NCBI RefSeq assembly: GCF_032191835.1
Contig: NC_083229.1
Location: 76,632,001-76,696,000 of the forward strand
Source: Heteronotia binoei
Lineage: Eukaryota
DNA length: 64,000 bases
Direction: 5' to 3'
Part shown: one piece after another, positions 9,999 to 20,449 of the stretch
Numbering within the stretch: the stretch's first letter is position 1
Layout: every line of letters starts with the position of its first letter
Program-made: the position numbers and the translations under genes
The notes under the pieces: generated by a model
Database searches by the model: none
Told to the model about the DNA's origin: nothing
Seen by the model: the letters and a program-made list of their open reading frames with translations, nothing else

Positions 9999-12900
9999 AT
10001 GGCCAACCAAGGAGGAATCACCGGCTACCTCGAGCCCTTCGACCCTACAAATCCAGAGGGATGGGAGTCCTACGCGGAGCGGGTCGAGTTCTACCTCCGG
10101 GCCAACAAGATCACTGACGCCGGAGCAAAGAGGGACGTTCTCATGAGCGTCTGCGGGCCTGCCACGTTCGAGATCGCCAAGGGTCTCTCGGCACCCGCCC
10201 GTCTGGCGGAGAAATCCTATGACGAGATCATCCGACTCCTCACGGGACACTTCTCACCACAGCCCTCGCGGGTGGCTCGCAGGTTCCTGTTCCACAAACG
10301 GGACCAGATCGCGGGCGAGTCCGCCGCGGACTACCTGGCGGCCCTCCGCAAACTCGCCGGGAACTGCAACCTCCCCCAACTGGAGGAAGCCCTGGCGGAC
10401 AGATTCACGTGGGGCCTCCGCGACGAAAGGCTCCAGCAAAAGCTCTTCGCCAAAGAAGAGCTTACCCTCCAGGCCGCCTTCAGCGAGGCGGTGGCGTGGG
10501 AACGAACCGCCCGAACGTTTCCCCGGGCCAAGATGGAAGCCGCCCACCACGAAGAGCTGGACCACGACGGCCCCGAGGAGGAGGAAGCCCATCAGCTACG
10601 CCGCCCAGCCGGGCCACCCAACAGAGCGACCCAACGCCCCCGAGCGACCGACCGACCACCAGCGTCGGAGAGAGCCCCGGCCACCAAGTGCGCCAGCTGC
10701 GGCGGCCCCCACGAGAGGAGAGACTGCCAGTACCGGACCTGGGACTGCAGGAGCTGCGGGAAGACCGGCCACATCGCCAGGGCTTGCCGAGCCAAGCCCA
10801 ACCGCAGGAAGCCGACCACGTACCACGAGTCCGCGGAGTCCCACGCGATAGACTCTACGTCCCTACAGGTACTGAACTTGCCCCACGATTCCCCCGATAA
10901 AATCAAAGTGACGGTCCTTATCGAGGGGAACCCCTGCCAAATGGAGGTGGACTCAGGGTCCTCCATTTCCCTCATAGCGGAGGAAACCCTAAGAGAACTG
11001 TGTCCCCGCCAGCGGCTGCAACTTCGGCCGGCAGACTTCATACTCCGGGACTTCCAGAAGAACCCGGTGCAAATTGCAGGGTGGGCGCGGGTACAAGTCG
11101 AGCGGGGGTCCTTCCACGGCCCGCTGGACATCCTGGTGGTAAAGCGCCAGCTGGCTACCCTGCTAGGTCTGGCCTGGTTCAAACCCATGGGAATCCGCGT
11201 GGAGGGGGTGGGGCAGACCTTAACGCCCCGTGGGTTCGGGGAGATTTGCAAGGAATTCCCCGAGGTATTCGATGGGTCCCTAGGAAGCTACCGGGGGCCG
11301 GCCATCTCCCTGCCCCTAGACCCCACAGTCAGGCCGATTCGGCTCAAGGCCAGGAGGGTCCCGTTCGCCTTGAAACCTAAGATTGAGGCAGAGCTAGACC
11401 GCCTCACGGCACAAGGCGTCCTTGAGCCGGTGGACTACGCCACTTGGGAAACCCCCATCGTTACCCCCATCAAACCAACCGGGGAGGTGCGGATATGTGC
11501 CGATTATAAATGCACCATAAATAAGGCTCTACAGGACAACCCCTATCCGGTGCCGGTAGTGAGCCACGTCCTAGCCGCCCTAGCGGGGGCTAGGATATTC
11601 GGGAAGCTAGACCTAGCCCAAGCCTACCAGCAGCTCCCAGTAGACAGCAAGACGGCAGAGGCCCAAACGATCGTGACACACAGAGGGGCCTTCCGCGTAA
11701 AGAGGCTGCAGTTTGGGGTGAGCGTCGCTCCGGGGATTTTCCAGAGCATAATGGACTCTCTCCTTAAAGGAATTCCCGGAGTCCAGCCGTTCTTCGATGA
11801 CGTTTTAGTCGCCGCCCCGGACCCCGAAGAATTTGGCAACCGCCTCCGAGAGGTGCTCCGCCGGTTCCAGACCGCGGGGCTCAAGGTCAAGAGGGAGAAA
11901 TGTTTGCTGGGGGTTCCACGGGTGGAGTTCCTAGGGTTCGCCGTAGACGCAACTGGAATCCACCCCACGGAAGAAAAGACCCGAGCCATCGTACAAGCCC
12001 CGACCCCCACGAGCAAAGCGGAGCTACAAAGCTTCTTGGGGGTGCTCAACTTTTACCATTCCTTCCTCCCCCACAAGGCTGCCCTCGCGGAGCCCCTTCA
12101 CCGGCTGCTGGACAAGAAAGCCCCTTGGGTTTGGGGCAAACGACAGGCCGCCGCGTTTCAGGCGGTCAAGGACGTCCTGGTGTCCAATGCGGTGCTCCAC
12201 CATTTTGACGAGGCCCTCCCCGTCATCCTGGCATGCGATGCGTCGCCGTATGGGGTGGGGGCAGTCCTGGGGCATCAGCTGCCAGATGGGAGGGAGGTAC
12301 CGGTCGCATACTACTCCCGCACGCTCACCCCAGCCGAGCGCAACTACGCGCAGATCGACAAAGAGGCCTTGGCAATCGTGGCGGGGGTCCGCAAGTTCCA
12401 TGAGTACCTATATGGGAGACGGTTCACAATTGCCACGGACCACAAGCCCCTTTTAGGTCTACTAGCCCCAGACAGACAGACCCCCCAAATACTCTCACAG
12501 CGCGTGTTGAGGTGGAACCAATTCCTCAACTCATACACGTACACACTGGTTCATAGGGCCGGCAAGACTATGGGTCACGCGGATGCGCTCAGCCGCTTGC
12601 CGCTCCCGGAGACGGGTCCGGACCCCGCACCCGCACACCAGGTCATGATGATAGAGAGCCTCCCGGAGCCGCCACTCCACGCCGCGGAGGTGGCCAAGGC
12701 CACTCAGAAACACAAGACACTGGCACGGGTGCTCGACTGGGTGGTGAGGGGGTGGCCAGAGGGAAACATGGGTGAGGAATTCAGGCCTTACAAGGCGAGG
12801 AGGGAGGAATTAGCCGCACACAAGGGCTGCATACTATGGGGCAGTAGGGTAGTGATTCCGCCCCCGCTCCAAAGGCGTGTTTTAGAATCCCTACACGAGA

Positions 12901-14963
12901 CTCACCCCGGCATAGTGCGAATGAAGGCTCTGGCCAGGAGCTACGTCTGGTGGCCGGGAATGGACGGGGAGATCGAGGGCTGGGTCCGCAGATGCCAGAC
13001 CTGCCAGGAATCGCGGCCCGAGCCGCCCAGCGCCCCCGTCACTAGGTGGGAGTCCACCCGGAAACCATGGTCGAGATTCCACATCGACTTTGCGGGCCCT
13101 TTCCAGGGGCAAACCTTCATCATAATAGTGGACTCCTACACCAAATGGCTGGAGGTCATCCCCGTAGGGTCCCCCTCGTCCACAGCCGCGGTCAGAGCTC
13201 TGCGCAGGGTCCTATGCACACACGGCATCCCGGACACCATAGTCTCTGATAACGGGGCCGCCTTCACCTCAGCCGACTTCCAGGCGTTCCTGCAAAGATA
13301 TCTGATCAGGCACATAAGGTCGGCTCCCTTCCACCCGGCCACCAACGGCCAGGCAGAGCGGATGGTCCGCACAACAAAGGAGGCCCTCGGCCGAATTGTA
13401 CAGGGGGACTGGGACCACAGGCTGGCCGCGTTCCTCTTCGATAATCGGATCACACCCAACCCGGTCACAGGAGTCAGCCCGGCTGAGCTCCTCATGGGAC
13501 GCAAACTCATAACCAGGCTGGACCGGCTGCATCCCGACCGAGCTTCAGACACCCGCGGGAGTCCCGAAGTCCGAGACACCGTCCGGGGCTTCTTCGTGGG
13601 CGACCCAGTCTACGCCCGAAACTATGCAAGGGGCCCCGATTGGGTGGCGGGGCGGGTACTGAGGGTAACCGGGTCCCGCCACTACGACATATCGACTGAG
13701 GGGGGCCAGGTGCTACGGCGGCACATTGACCAGTTGAGGCGCCGCACTCTCCCGGAGGCACCCGCAGACACACTCCAGGACCCCCCGAAGCACCATCCCC
13801 GGCGGCCGCGCCGCCTCCACCCGAAACCCCCAGACGGTCCACCCGGGAGCGCCGGCCCCCCGCATATTTACAGGACTTTGTACATTAACCAGGGGGGGAG
13901 GGGTGTAGTGTATCAAGAAATGTCATGCGACCAGACGGGGGGGGCAACTGGGCAGTCCCAGGAGCCCCAGCGCCGGGAGCCAGTTCCCCGCCTATCTCCA
14001 GCTGTGGCGGGAAGTTCAACGGGGCAGGATTGGCCCGACCAACCCAGTAGGCTGTACCCGGGATTGTATATAAGCGGGACCCGGCCCGCGTGTTCTCTCT
14101 CTAGCTACGTGCTCCCAATAAACCATGTTGCCCTACTCTCGTCTCCGTTTCGAGTACGTTACACTGGGACGTGGCAGTATACTAGCATGACAGAAACTAA
14201 GGTAAAAAAGTATGTGCAGGGTACTCCCCCGGCAGGGGGAGGTAAAGTAGTCCCTGGTGCCACCGATCATGATGCTTTGGAAAAATTGCAGAATACTGTT
14301 ACAGCTGGTTTTAAAAAGAACCAAGAAGCTCTTAACGAGATGAAAATAGACTTGATGTTCCAGATTAAGAAAACCAATGACCAGCTGGCAGACTTTCAAA
14401 AACAAGTATTGGCTAACACGCAACAAGTCCATGACTTAACTGCCAAGGTTGAGAGAATGGAAGATCGAGATAAGAGAACTTCTAATATAGTGAGAGAAAA
14501 CCAAACAGAATTGATGGAGCTGGAGGATCATGTGATGAGGCTTGAAATGGAAAAAGCTGCAACTATTCTTCGATTTCAAAATTTACCAGAAGAGAAGGAG
14601 GAAGATTTGATTAGTAAGATTATATATATCCTGATAGTGGATGACGAAGACTTACTGGAAGAAGGACCCAAGGACATCCTTTGGGCCAAAAGAGTGTCCT
14701 CAAGCTATATAAGGAAATTTAAACTTCCCAGGGAAGTCCAAGTAAAGTTCATCCGCCATGAAACCACGGAGAGAATTTTGCGGAAAGCAAGAGAGTGTGA
14801 CATGAATTGGAAGGGAACCAAGATCAAAATTTTGAAAGAGATACCCTGGAGTGTGCGACAACGGAGATTTAAATTTAAGAAACTGTCCACTTGGCTGATT
14901 AAACATGAAGTCCAATTTAGATGGCTTATTCCTCAAGGCCTTTTTTTTTACATACCAAGCTAA
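9999..14963 (+). CDS. 1654-aa ORF: Gypsy gag-pol read through the PPT and 3' LTR into L1 ORF1
   Basis: Zn knuckles CASCGGPHERRDC and CRSCGKTGHIARAC; protease VDSG; RT FFDD; RNase H CDAS; integrase HHCC and core (HIDFAGP, SDNG, AERMV). Then LTR-encoded sequence, then L1 ORF1 from ATG 14187. Confidence 0.85.
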   Translation: MANQGGITGYLEPFDPTNPEGWESYAERVEFYLRANKITDAGAKRDVLMSVCGPATFEIAKGLSAPARLAEKSYDEIIRLLTGHFSPQPSRVARRFLFHKRDQIAGESAADYLAALRKLAGNCNLPQLEEALADRFTWGLRDERLQQKLFAKEELTLQAAFSEAVAWERTARTFPRAKMEAAHHEELDHDGPEEEEAHQLRRPAGPPNRATQRPRATDRPPASERAPATKCASCGGPHERRDCQYRTWDCRSCGKTGHIARACRAKPNRRKPTTYHESAESHAIDSTSLQVLNLPHDSPDKIKVTVLIEGNPCQMEVDSGSSISLIAEETLRELCPRQRLQLRPADFILRDFQKNPVQIAGWARVQVERGSFHGPLDILVVKRQLATLLGLAWFKPMGIRVEGVGQTLTPRGFGEICKEFPEVFDGSLGSYRGPAISLPLDPTVRPIRLKARRVPFALKPKIEAELDRLTAQGVLEPVDYATWETPIVTPIKPTGEVRICADYKCTINKALQDNPYPVPVVSHVLAALAGARIFGKLDLAQAYQQLPVDSKTAEAQTIVTHRGAFRVKRLQFGVSVAPGIFQSIMDSLLKGIPGVQPFFDDVLVAAPDPEEFGNRLREVLRRFQTAGLKVKREKCLLGVPRVEFLGFAVDATGIHPTEEKTRAIVQAPTPTSKAELQSFLGVLNFYHSFLPHKAALAEPLHRLLDKKAPWVWGKRQAAAFQAVKDVLVSNAVLHHFDEALPVILACDASPYGVGAVLGHQLPDGREVPVAYYSRTLTPAERNYAQIDKEALAIVAGVRKFHEYLYGRRFTIATDHKPLLGLLAPDRQTPQILSQRVLRWNQFLNSYTYTLVHRAGKTMGHADALSRLPLPETGPDPAPAHQVMMIESLPEPPLHAAEVAKATQKHKTLARVLDWVVRGWPEGNMGEEFRPYKARREELAAHKGCILWGSRVVIPPPLQRRVLESLHETHPGIVRMKALARSYVWWPGMDGEIEGWVRRCQTCQESRPEPPSAPVTRWESTRKPWSRFHIDFAGPFQGQTFIIIVDSYTKWLEVIPVGSPSSTAAVRALRRVLCTHGIPDTIVSDNGAAFTSADFQAFLQRYLIRHIRSAPFHPATNGQAERMVRTTKEALGRIVQGDWDHRLAAFLFDNRITPNPVTGVSPAELLMGRKLITRLDRLHPDRASDTRGSPEVRDTVRGFFVGDPVYARNYARGPDWVAGRVLRVTGSRHYDISTEGGQVLRRHIDQLRRRTLPEAPADTLQDPPKHHPRRPRRLHPKPPDGPPGSAGPPHIYRTLYINQGGRGVVYQEMSCDQTGGATGQSQEPQRREPVPRLSPAVAGSSTGQDWPDQPSRLYPGLYISGTRPACSLSSYVLPINHVALLSSPFRVRYTGTWQYTSMTETKVKKYVQGTPPAGGGKVVPGATDHDALEKLQNTVTAGFKKNQEALNEMKIDLMFQIKKTNDQLADFQKQVLANTQQVHDLTAKVERMEDRDKRTSNIVRENQTELMELEDHVMRLEMEKAATILRFQNLPEEKEEDLISKIIYILIVDDEDLLEEGPKDILWAKRVSSSYIRKFKLPREVQVKFIRHETTERILRKARECDMNWKGTKIKILKEIPWSVRQRRFKFKKLSTWLIKHEVQFRWLIPQGLFFYIPS
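13891..13903 (+). promoter_or_regulatory. Polypurine tract of the Gypsy element
   Basis: AGGGGGGGAGGGG directly before the 3' LTR. Confidence 0.9.
13904..14163 (+). repeat. Gypsy 3' LTR (260 bp)
   Basis: Copy of 9659-9923; TATATAA at 14067-14073; AATAAA at 14117-14122. Confidence 0.97.
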
Positions 14964-15168
14964 GAGATACAACATCACCACTGAGGCAAAGATGGAAGAA
15001 TTTTGGGAAGAATGGGTGGAGCGATCTGATTCAGGAGAAGAACAAGAAGGTGCTAAGAAACCTCTTGACGAGGAGTCCCCCAAAAAACAACGTGAGAAAG
15101 TTAAAACCAGACTTCAGAGCAAGAAAGACTTAGCTAAGATACCTGATAGTATTGACCAAGAAAAATGA
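14187..15168 (+). CDS. L1 ORF1p (coiled coil, RRM, CTD) with an apparent +1 frameshift in the T9 run at 14941-14949
   Basis: MTETKVKK, heptad-rich region, ILRFQNLPEEKEEDL, PREVQVKF, WLIPQGLFF. The natural-looking continuation TYQAKRYNITTE...QEK* is in another frame and ends at TGA 15166-15168. Confidence 0.85.
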
Positions 15169-18100
15169 ATTCTAAGGTGGGAACTAAGATACTTTCCCTG
15201 AACGTTAATGGCTTAAATGAACCTGGAAAAAGAAAGAGGACTTTCCAACAATTAATTAAATCTGGTGCGCAAATTATTTGTTTACAAGAAACCCATATTA
15301 GGACAGATGACGTGAAGTATTTGAAAAACAAGAAGTTGGGTACTTTATATTCATCATGTGATCCTCTTAAAAAGAAGAAGGGGGTAGCTATATATATATA
15401 TATATCACCACATTAAGTCAAACTGTTTATATTCGGATAAACAAGGAAGAACTATCATTGTTGAATTGGAATTAAATGGCCTCAAAACAATTGTTGGGAA
15501 CATTTACGCTCCTAATGAAAACCAGGACAAATTTTACCAAGATCTGTATCTAAAATTTAGAGAATTTAATTCGGACAGGTACTGCATTGTTGGGGACTTT
15601 AATGCAATATTTGACATCAAAATGGACAAAAAATATGATGACCCCCGAAAAAAGAAGAAGAATCGGAATTTATTACCTGGTTCTTTTTTGAAAATGGTAG
15701 AAGAACTAAATTTAGTAGATGCCTGGAGAACAAAAAATCCGACTACAATGGACTTTACCTTCTATTCCCATGCACACAAATCTTGGTCAAGAATAGATAT
15801 GTTCTGGATATCTATGAGTATGATATTGTCAGTTAATCAAGCTGATATTCTTCCTCAGTCTTATGCAGATCATAACCCAATTGTCTTGACATTACAGGAA
15901 CAGCAAAGAAGTCCTCGGTGGTCCTTAAATTTACAAATTTTAAAAGAGACTAAATTCTTGGAGGTGGCTAAAAAAGAGATTCAGGAATTTTTTAAACTCA
16001 ATGTTGAAAAAGATACGAAAATCCCAATTATCTGGGACGCATTTAAGGCCTTTTTCAGAGGAGTTGCGATTAGATATTCATCAGAGAGAAAGAGAGAACA
16101 AAGGAAAGCCTACAATGAACTTATAACAAAACTGAAGCATTGCGAGAAACAACAGAAAACCGGAAACTCCAGCCAAAGGAAGACCAGAATCATGTTTTTT
16201 CAACATCAAATAAATGCTCTCTTGGCGGAAGAAATTGAGAAAAAACTGAAGTGGGCAAGACAAAACTATTTTGAAAATGCTAACAAAGTGAGTAGATGGC
16301 TGGCTTATAGGCTGCGAAAGGAGAAGGAGAAAAAGATTATAAAAATGTTGAAAAATCAAGCCAAGGAAGAAGTGTTTCAAAACTCCCAGTTGAAAGAAAT
16401 TATTCAAGATTTCTACCGGAATCTTTATAAAAAGCAGAGGATTGATTTGCCAAAACAAGAAGATTACATAAAGGGGGTAGAAATGAAGCAATTAACAAGG
16501 GAACAGAAAGCAAGTTTGGAGAATCCCATCTCAATACAGGAGATTGTGGACGTAATCAGAATTCAAAAAAGTAACAAGACTCCAGGTCCGGATGGTCTTC
16601 CGATTGAGTTTTTTAGAGCCTTTGAAGATTCATTATTGCTACCCTTCAAAAAAGTAGTTGAGAATGCCTATAACACAGCTGAGATTCCAGACTCTTGGAA
16701 AGAAGCTTTAATTACGCTTATTCATAAGGAAGGTACAGATCCTTCAGAAATCAAAAATTATAGACCAATTTCGCTTTTGAACAGTGATTACAAGGTATAC
16801 GCAGCCATATTGGCAAATAGGTTGAAGAAAGTAATTGCTGGCTTAATTCATGAAGATCAGACTGGTTTTGTTCCAGGTCGATTAATGAACCAGAACGTGA
16901 GGCTATTGTTGAATGCGTTTGAATATTATAGAGAACATCCTGACAAAGAACTTGCTGCCATATTTGTGGACGCAGAGAAGGCCTTTGATAATGTTAACTG
17001 GAACTTTATTAAAGCGACATTGTCTGCAGTCGGCTGTGGTGAGAGATATTCCAGAATGGTTGAAGCGGTTTACTCAAAGCAGGCTGCAAAAGTGAGCTTT
17101 AATGGAGTAATGACTGACTCAATTGAGATAGAACAAGGTACCAGACAGGGATGTCCGTTATCCCCTTTGCTCTTCATTCTGACTCTAGAACCGTTGATTA
17201 AGAAGATCAGGGAAGACTCTCAAATACGAGGAACTAGAATAAATAACATAGAGTTTAAGACTATGGCGTTTGCGGATGATCTTGTGTTTACCTTGGAACA
17301 ACCCTCTTCCTCGATAGTTCCTTTAAAGCAAAGATTAAGAGAGTTTGGAGAAGTATCCGGATTCAAATTGAATGTCGCTAAGACCAAAATTCTAACGAAA
17401 AATATGGGGAAAGACCAAATCGAAATATTAGAGCAGCTTTCAGGCTTTAAGCATGAAAAAAAGATAAAATATTTGGGGATTCAGCTTACAAGCGACTTAA
17501 AGTCTTTATATAGAGACAATTATGAAAAAATATTGAAAGAAATCCGCAATGACTTAACCAACTGGAAAGACTTACAAATCTCACTACTAGGCAGGATTGC
17601 CACAATAAAAATGAACATCCTCCCAAGAATTTTGTTTTTGTTTCAAACAATCCCAATTATCTTACCTAAATCATTCTTCCAGCAACTCAACTCTATGACC
17701 AAGACCTTCATTTGGCAAGGCAAGAAAGCTAGAATCAAATTGAAAGTTTTACAAGATAGTAAACTAAGAGGTGGTCTAGCCTTACCTGACTGGAACTTGT
17801 ATTATAAAGCTTGTTGTATTGCTTGGCTGAGAGCCTGGTGTAAGTTAGACAATAAAAAATTATTGACTATTGAGGGTGCTGGCCTGGGTGAAGGCTGGCA
17901 CAGTTATATCTGGTATCATGCTCTTAGCAAAACTGGCCGATTTCTTAGACATGAAATAAGAAGATCTCTGTACAAGACCTGGGAAGAAATTAAAGTACAT
18001 TATACTTATACTCCAAGATGGCTATCTCCGGTAGAAGCTCTGACCCATCCAAACTTGTACAACTGGGACATCTTACAAGACTATGCCTTCTTGTTAAACA

Positions 18101-18900
18101 GCCAGAATGAGCTGATTGAGGAGGAACTTTCTAAGTTAAGTTGGTGGCTCCAGTGCCAACTTAAGTCAAGATTTCGCAAAGATAAAGAAAAGGGCTTTAC
18201 GAACACTCCACTTGATCTAGATCTCATACTAGAATCTAAACAGAAGATAATTTCTAAAGTATATGACTGGCTACTTCAAATTAAGATGCAGGACGAGGTT
18301 GTGAAAGAAGCATGGATACGTTGGTTGAAGGACTTTGGTTACAATATAGATTTGGAGGAATGGGAACAACTATGGAAGCGTAACATAAAACTGATGAAAC
18401 CAGCAGAACTGAAAGAGAATTTATATAAAATGGTCTATAGATGGTACCTTACGCCTGATAGGTTGGCAAAAATCTATCCTACATACTCTAACAAATGTTG
18501 GAAATGTCTAGAAGCCAAAGGCTCCCTGTTTCATATATGGTGGAAATGTAAACATGCTAAAAAATATTGGTCACAGGTTAATATTTGGATCCAAAAAATT
18601 TTAAAAATGCAAATTAACCATGTGCCGGAATTGTATTTGTTAAATATCTGTAGACAAAGCTTGCCTCTTTCTAAATTGAAACTGTTATTGTATATAGTTA
18701 CCACAGCTAGAATTTTGTATGCTAAATATTGGAAAAATGGGAAAACTCCCAATAGAGAGGAATTTATCAACAAATTGTTGGCAGCCGCAGAATCTGACTT
18801 AATGTCCACAAGATTAAGAAATGGCAATGTGCAAAAATGTCAAGAGGAATGGGACCCTATTTATAAATGGGTTAAAAGCAGAGGTGTCGGATCGGAGTAA
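15165..18900 (+). CDS. L1 ORF2p (APE endonuclease, RT, C-terminal Cys-rich domain) with one frameshift at the (TA)n tract 15390-15405
   Basis: SLNVNGLN, CLQETH, GDFN, SRID, DHNP, PGPDG, YRPISLLN, DAEKAFD, QGCPLSP, AFADD, KYLGI, CWKC..HIWWKC. Confidence 0.93.
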
Positions 18901-20449
18901 CCATGGGGTTTTTCCCCCTTTGCCTTTTTTGATGCTTAACTCTCTCCATCTCCCAGTGTGTATGCTTGGGTAGATGTCAGTTGTTAGATGTTAGATGTTA
19001 GTTTGTAGTTGATTGTTTGTATCTATCTTGTTTGTGGTTTGTGAGAGATGATTGTTTATGTATTCTCTGTCTATTTTTATTTTATTTCTTTGTCTTTTCC
19101 TTTATTTGTATTATTTCTTCTTAATAAAACTTTAAAAAATTTTTTAAAAAAAAGAAAGAAAATGTCATGATGCGACATCACCCCAGAGTTGGAAACGACT
19201 GGTGCTTGCACAGGGGACTACCTTTTACCTTTAAAGATGTGCTGGTCAAATTCCACAAGATTGCAATGTGAAAACAGATCTTTAGAGAATTTTGAGACAA
19301 TTCTCAAATTACTGGCAGAAGGGCAGGAGGTGTAGATTTTCTAAGATTTCTAGAGTCATCCCATATAACTTTCAAGTTTTCTCTGGAAGTGATGGAGAAA
19401 CACTAATGTTGTGCTCCGCACCCCCAATGTCCCAGCCCCCAAACTTTCTGCTGGTTGCCAAGCCTGGCTAATCTGAGTAAGTGTAAAGGCTTATTACTGA
19501 GCTGTACAGCATAATCCTTTATTTTCATTGTAGACCACTACATTTCTTTCATTTCCCCATCAATAGTGGCAATAAATGTCTTCTTTTGTCAAAACATTCC
19601 AATTTAACACATATATTTCTATACAAGAAAGATAAGATGCAATGAATTTGATACAAAAATGATCTTTGCTGAAGGATTTTTGTCATTTCCAAAGAATGAG
19701 CACTACAGGAAGGTAGATGTTCTCCATTTTTTTTTACAGCCTGAACCTAACATGCTCTTTAACTGCAGCAAAATAGAGAGATAAGTTTTGTATGCTGAAC
19801 AAAAGACATATGAACATGATCCATGCATTCTTAATTTGCAATTTTAAAAATGCAGATCACCCATAACATGATCTGTCAGCCTCTTAAACTGTATTTGGGG
19901 CTCTTACTATTACACAGCTGTGGTGTATGGAAATAAACACTGGTTGCATACATGGGCTGGGGTAGATTCTATTGTCAGTATAACTGTACACTTGCACTAA
20001 CAGCAGGGTCATATCCTCCAATTTCTTTAATGTGCATCAGAACAGAGAATTAAAAAAAATGTATATGCTGAGTTCAATGAACAGACCCCAGCACAGAAGG
20101 AATCTGAACACATTTACATCTCAAGAAATCAGAAGAAATGCACTGAGAGTTGGTGTAACATAGTGGCTAAGTTAGAGAGGTGTGAGCTTGGCTGCAAGTT
20201 CAAATTGACTTCCTTTATGAACTAACTGGTAGTCCTGGGTTCTTGTAATGATTGCTGAGATTATGTGAAGAAGGTTGTGGTATAACCACACCCACAGTGC
20301 TAAAAGCTTCCATGGAACGCAAAGGACAAAGTCAGTAGTATCATGACTCTCTGTTGAGCCAGGGTCAGACTCATCAGAGGAAGAATCAGATGAGATGGAA
20401 GAAGAGATAAAAAACTGTCTGATAAAGGTCCCAGGAAACCCTTAACTCC

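Larger units (their letters stand above)
9659..14163 (+). mobile_element. Young Ty3/Gypsy LTR retrotransposon nested in the L1 5' UTR
   Basis: TG...CA LTRs at 9659-9923 and 13904-14163; 5-bp TSD CTGGG at 9654-9658 and 14164-14168; PBS; PPT; domain order gag-PR-RT-RH-IN. Confidence 0.97.
8254..19157 (+). mobile_element. Full-length L1 LINE (about 6.4 kb once the nested Gypsy is removed)
   Basis: 17-bp TSD GAAAATGTCATGATGCG at 8237-8253 and 19158-19174; CpG-rich 5' UTR; ORF1; ORF2 (APE-RT-Cys-rich); GT-rich 3' UTR; AATAAA at 19123-19128; A-rich tail. Confidence 0.95.
8191..19232 (+). mobile_element. Sauria-type SINE 3' portion split by the full-length L1 (halves 8191-8253 and 19175-19232)
   Basis: GTAGATGACTGGAGAAGGCAATGG...AAAAGTCTGCCATGAAAA joins ACATCACCCCAGAGTTGGAAACGACTGGTGCTTGCACAGGGGACTACCTTTTACCTTT; reverse-complement match to 1076-1200. 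Confidence 0.85.

Noticed and set aside
10219-13916. Many 60-220 aa ORFs overlapping Gypsy gag-pol on both strands
   Set aside because: Expected shadow ORFs of GC-rich coding sequence; no recognisable domains.
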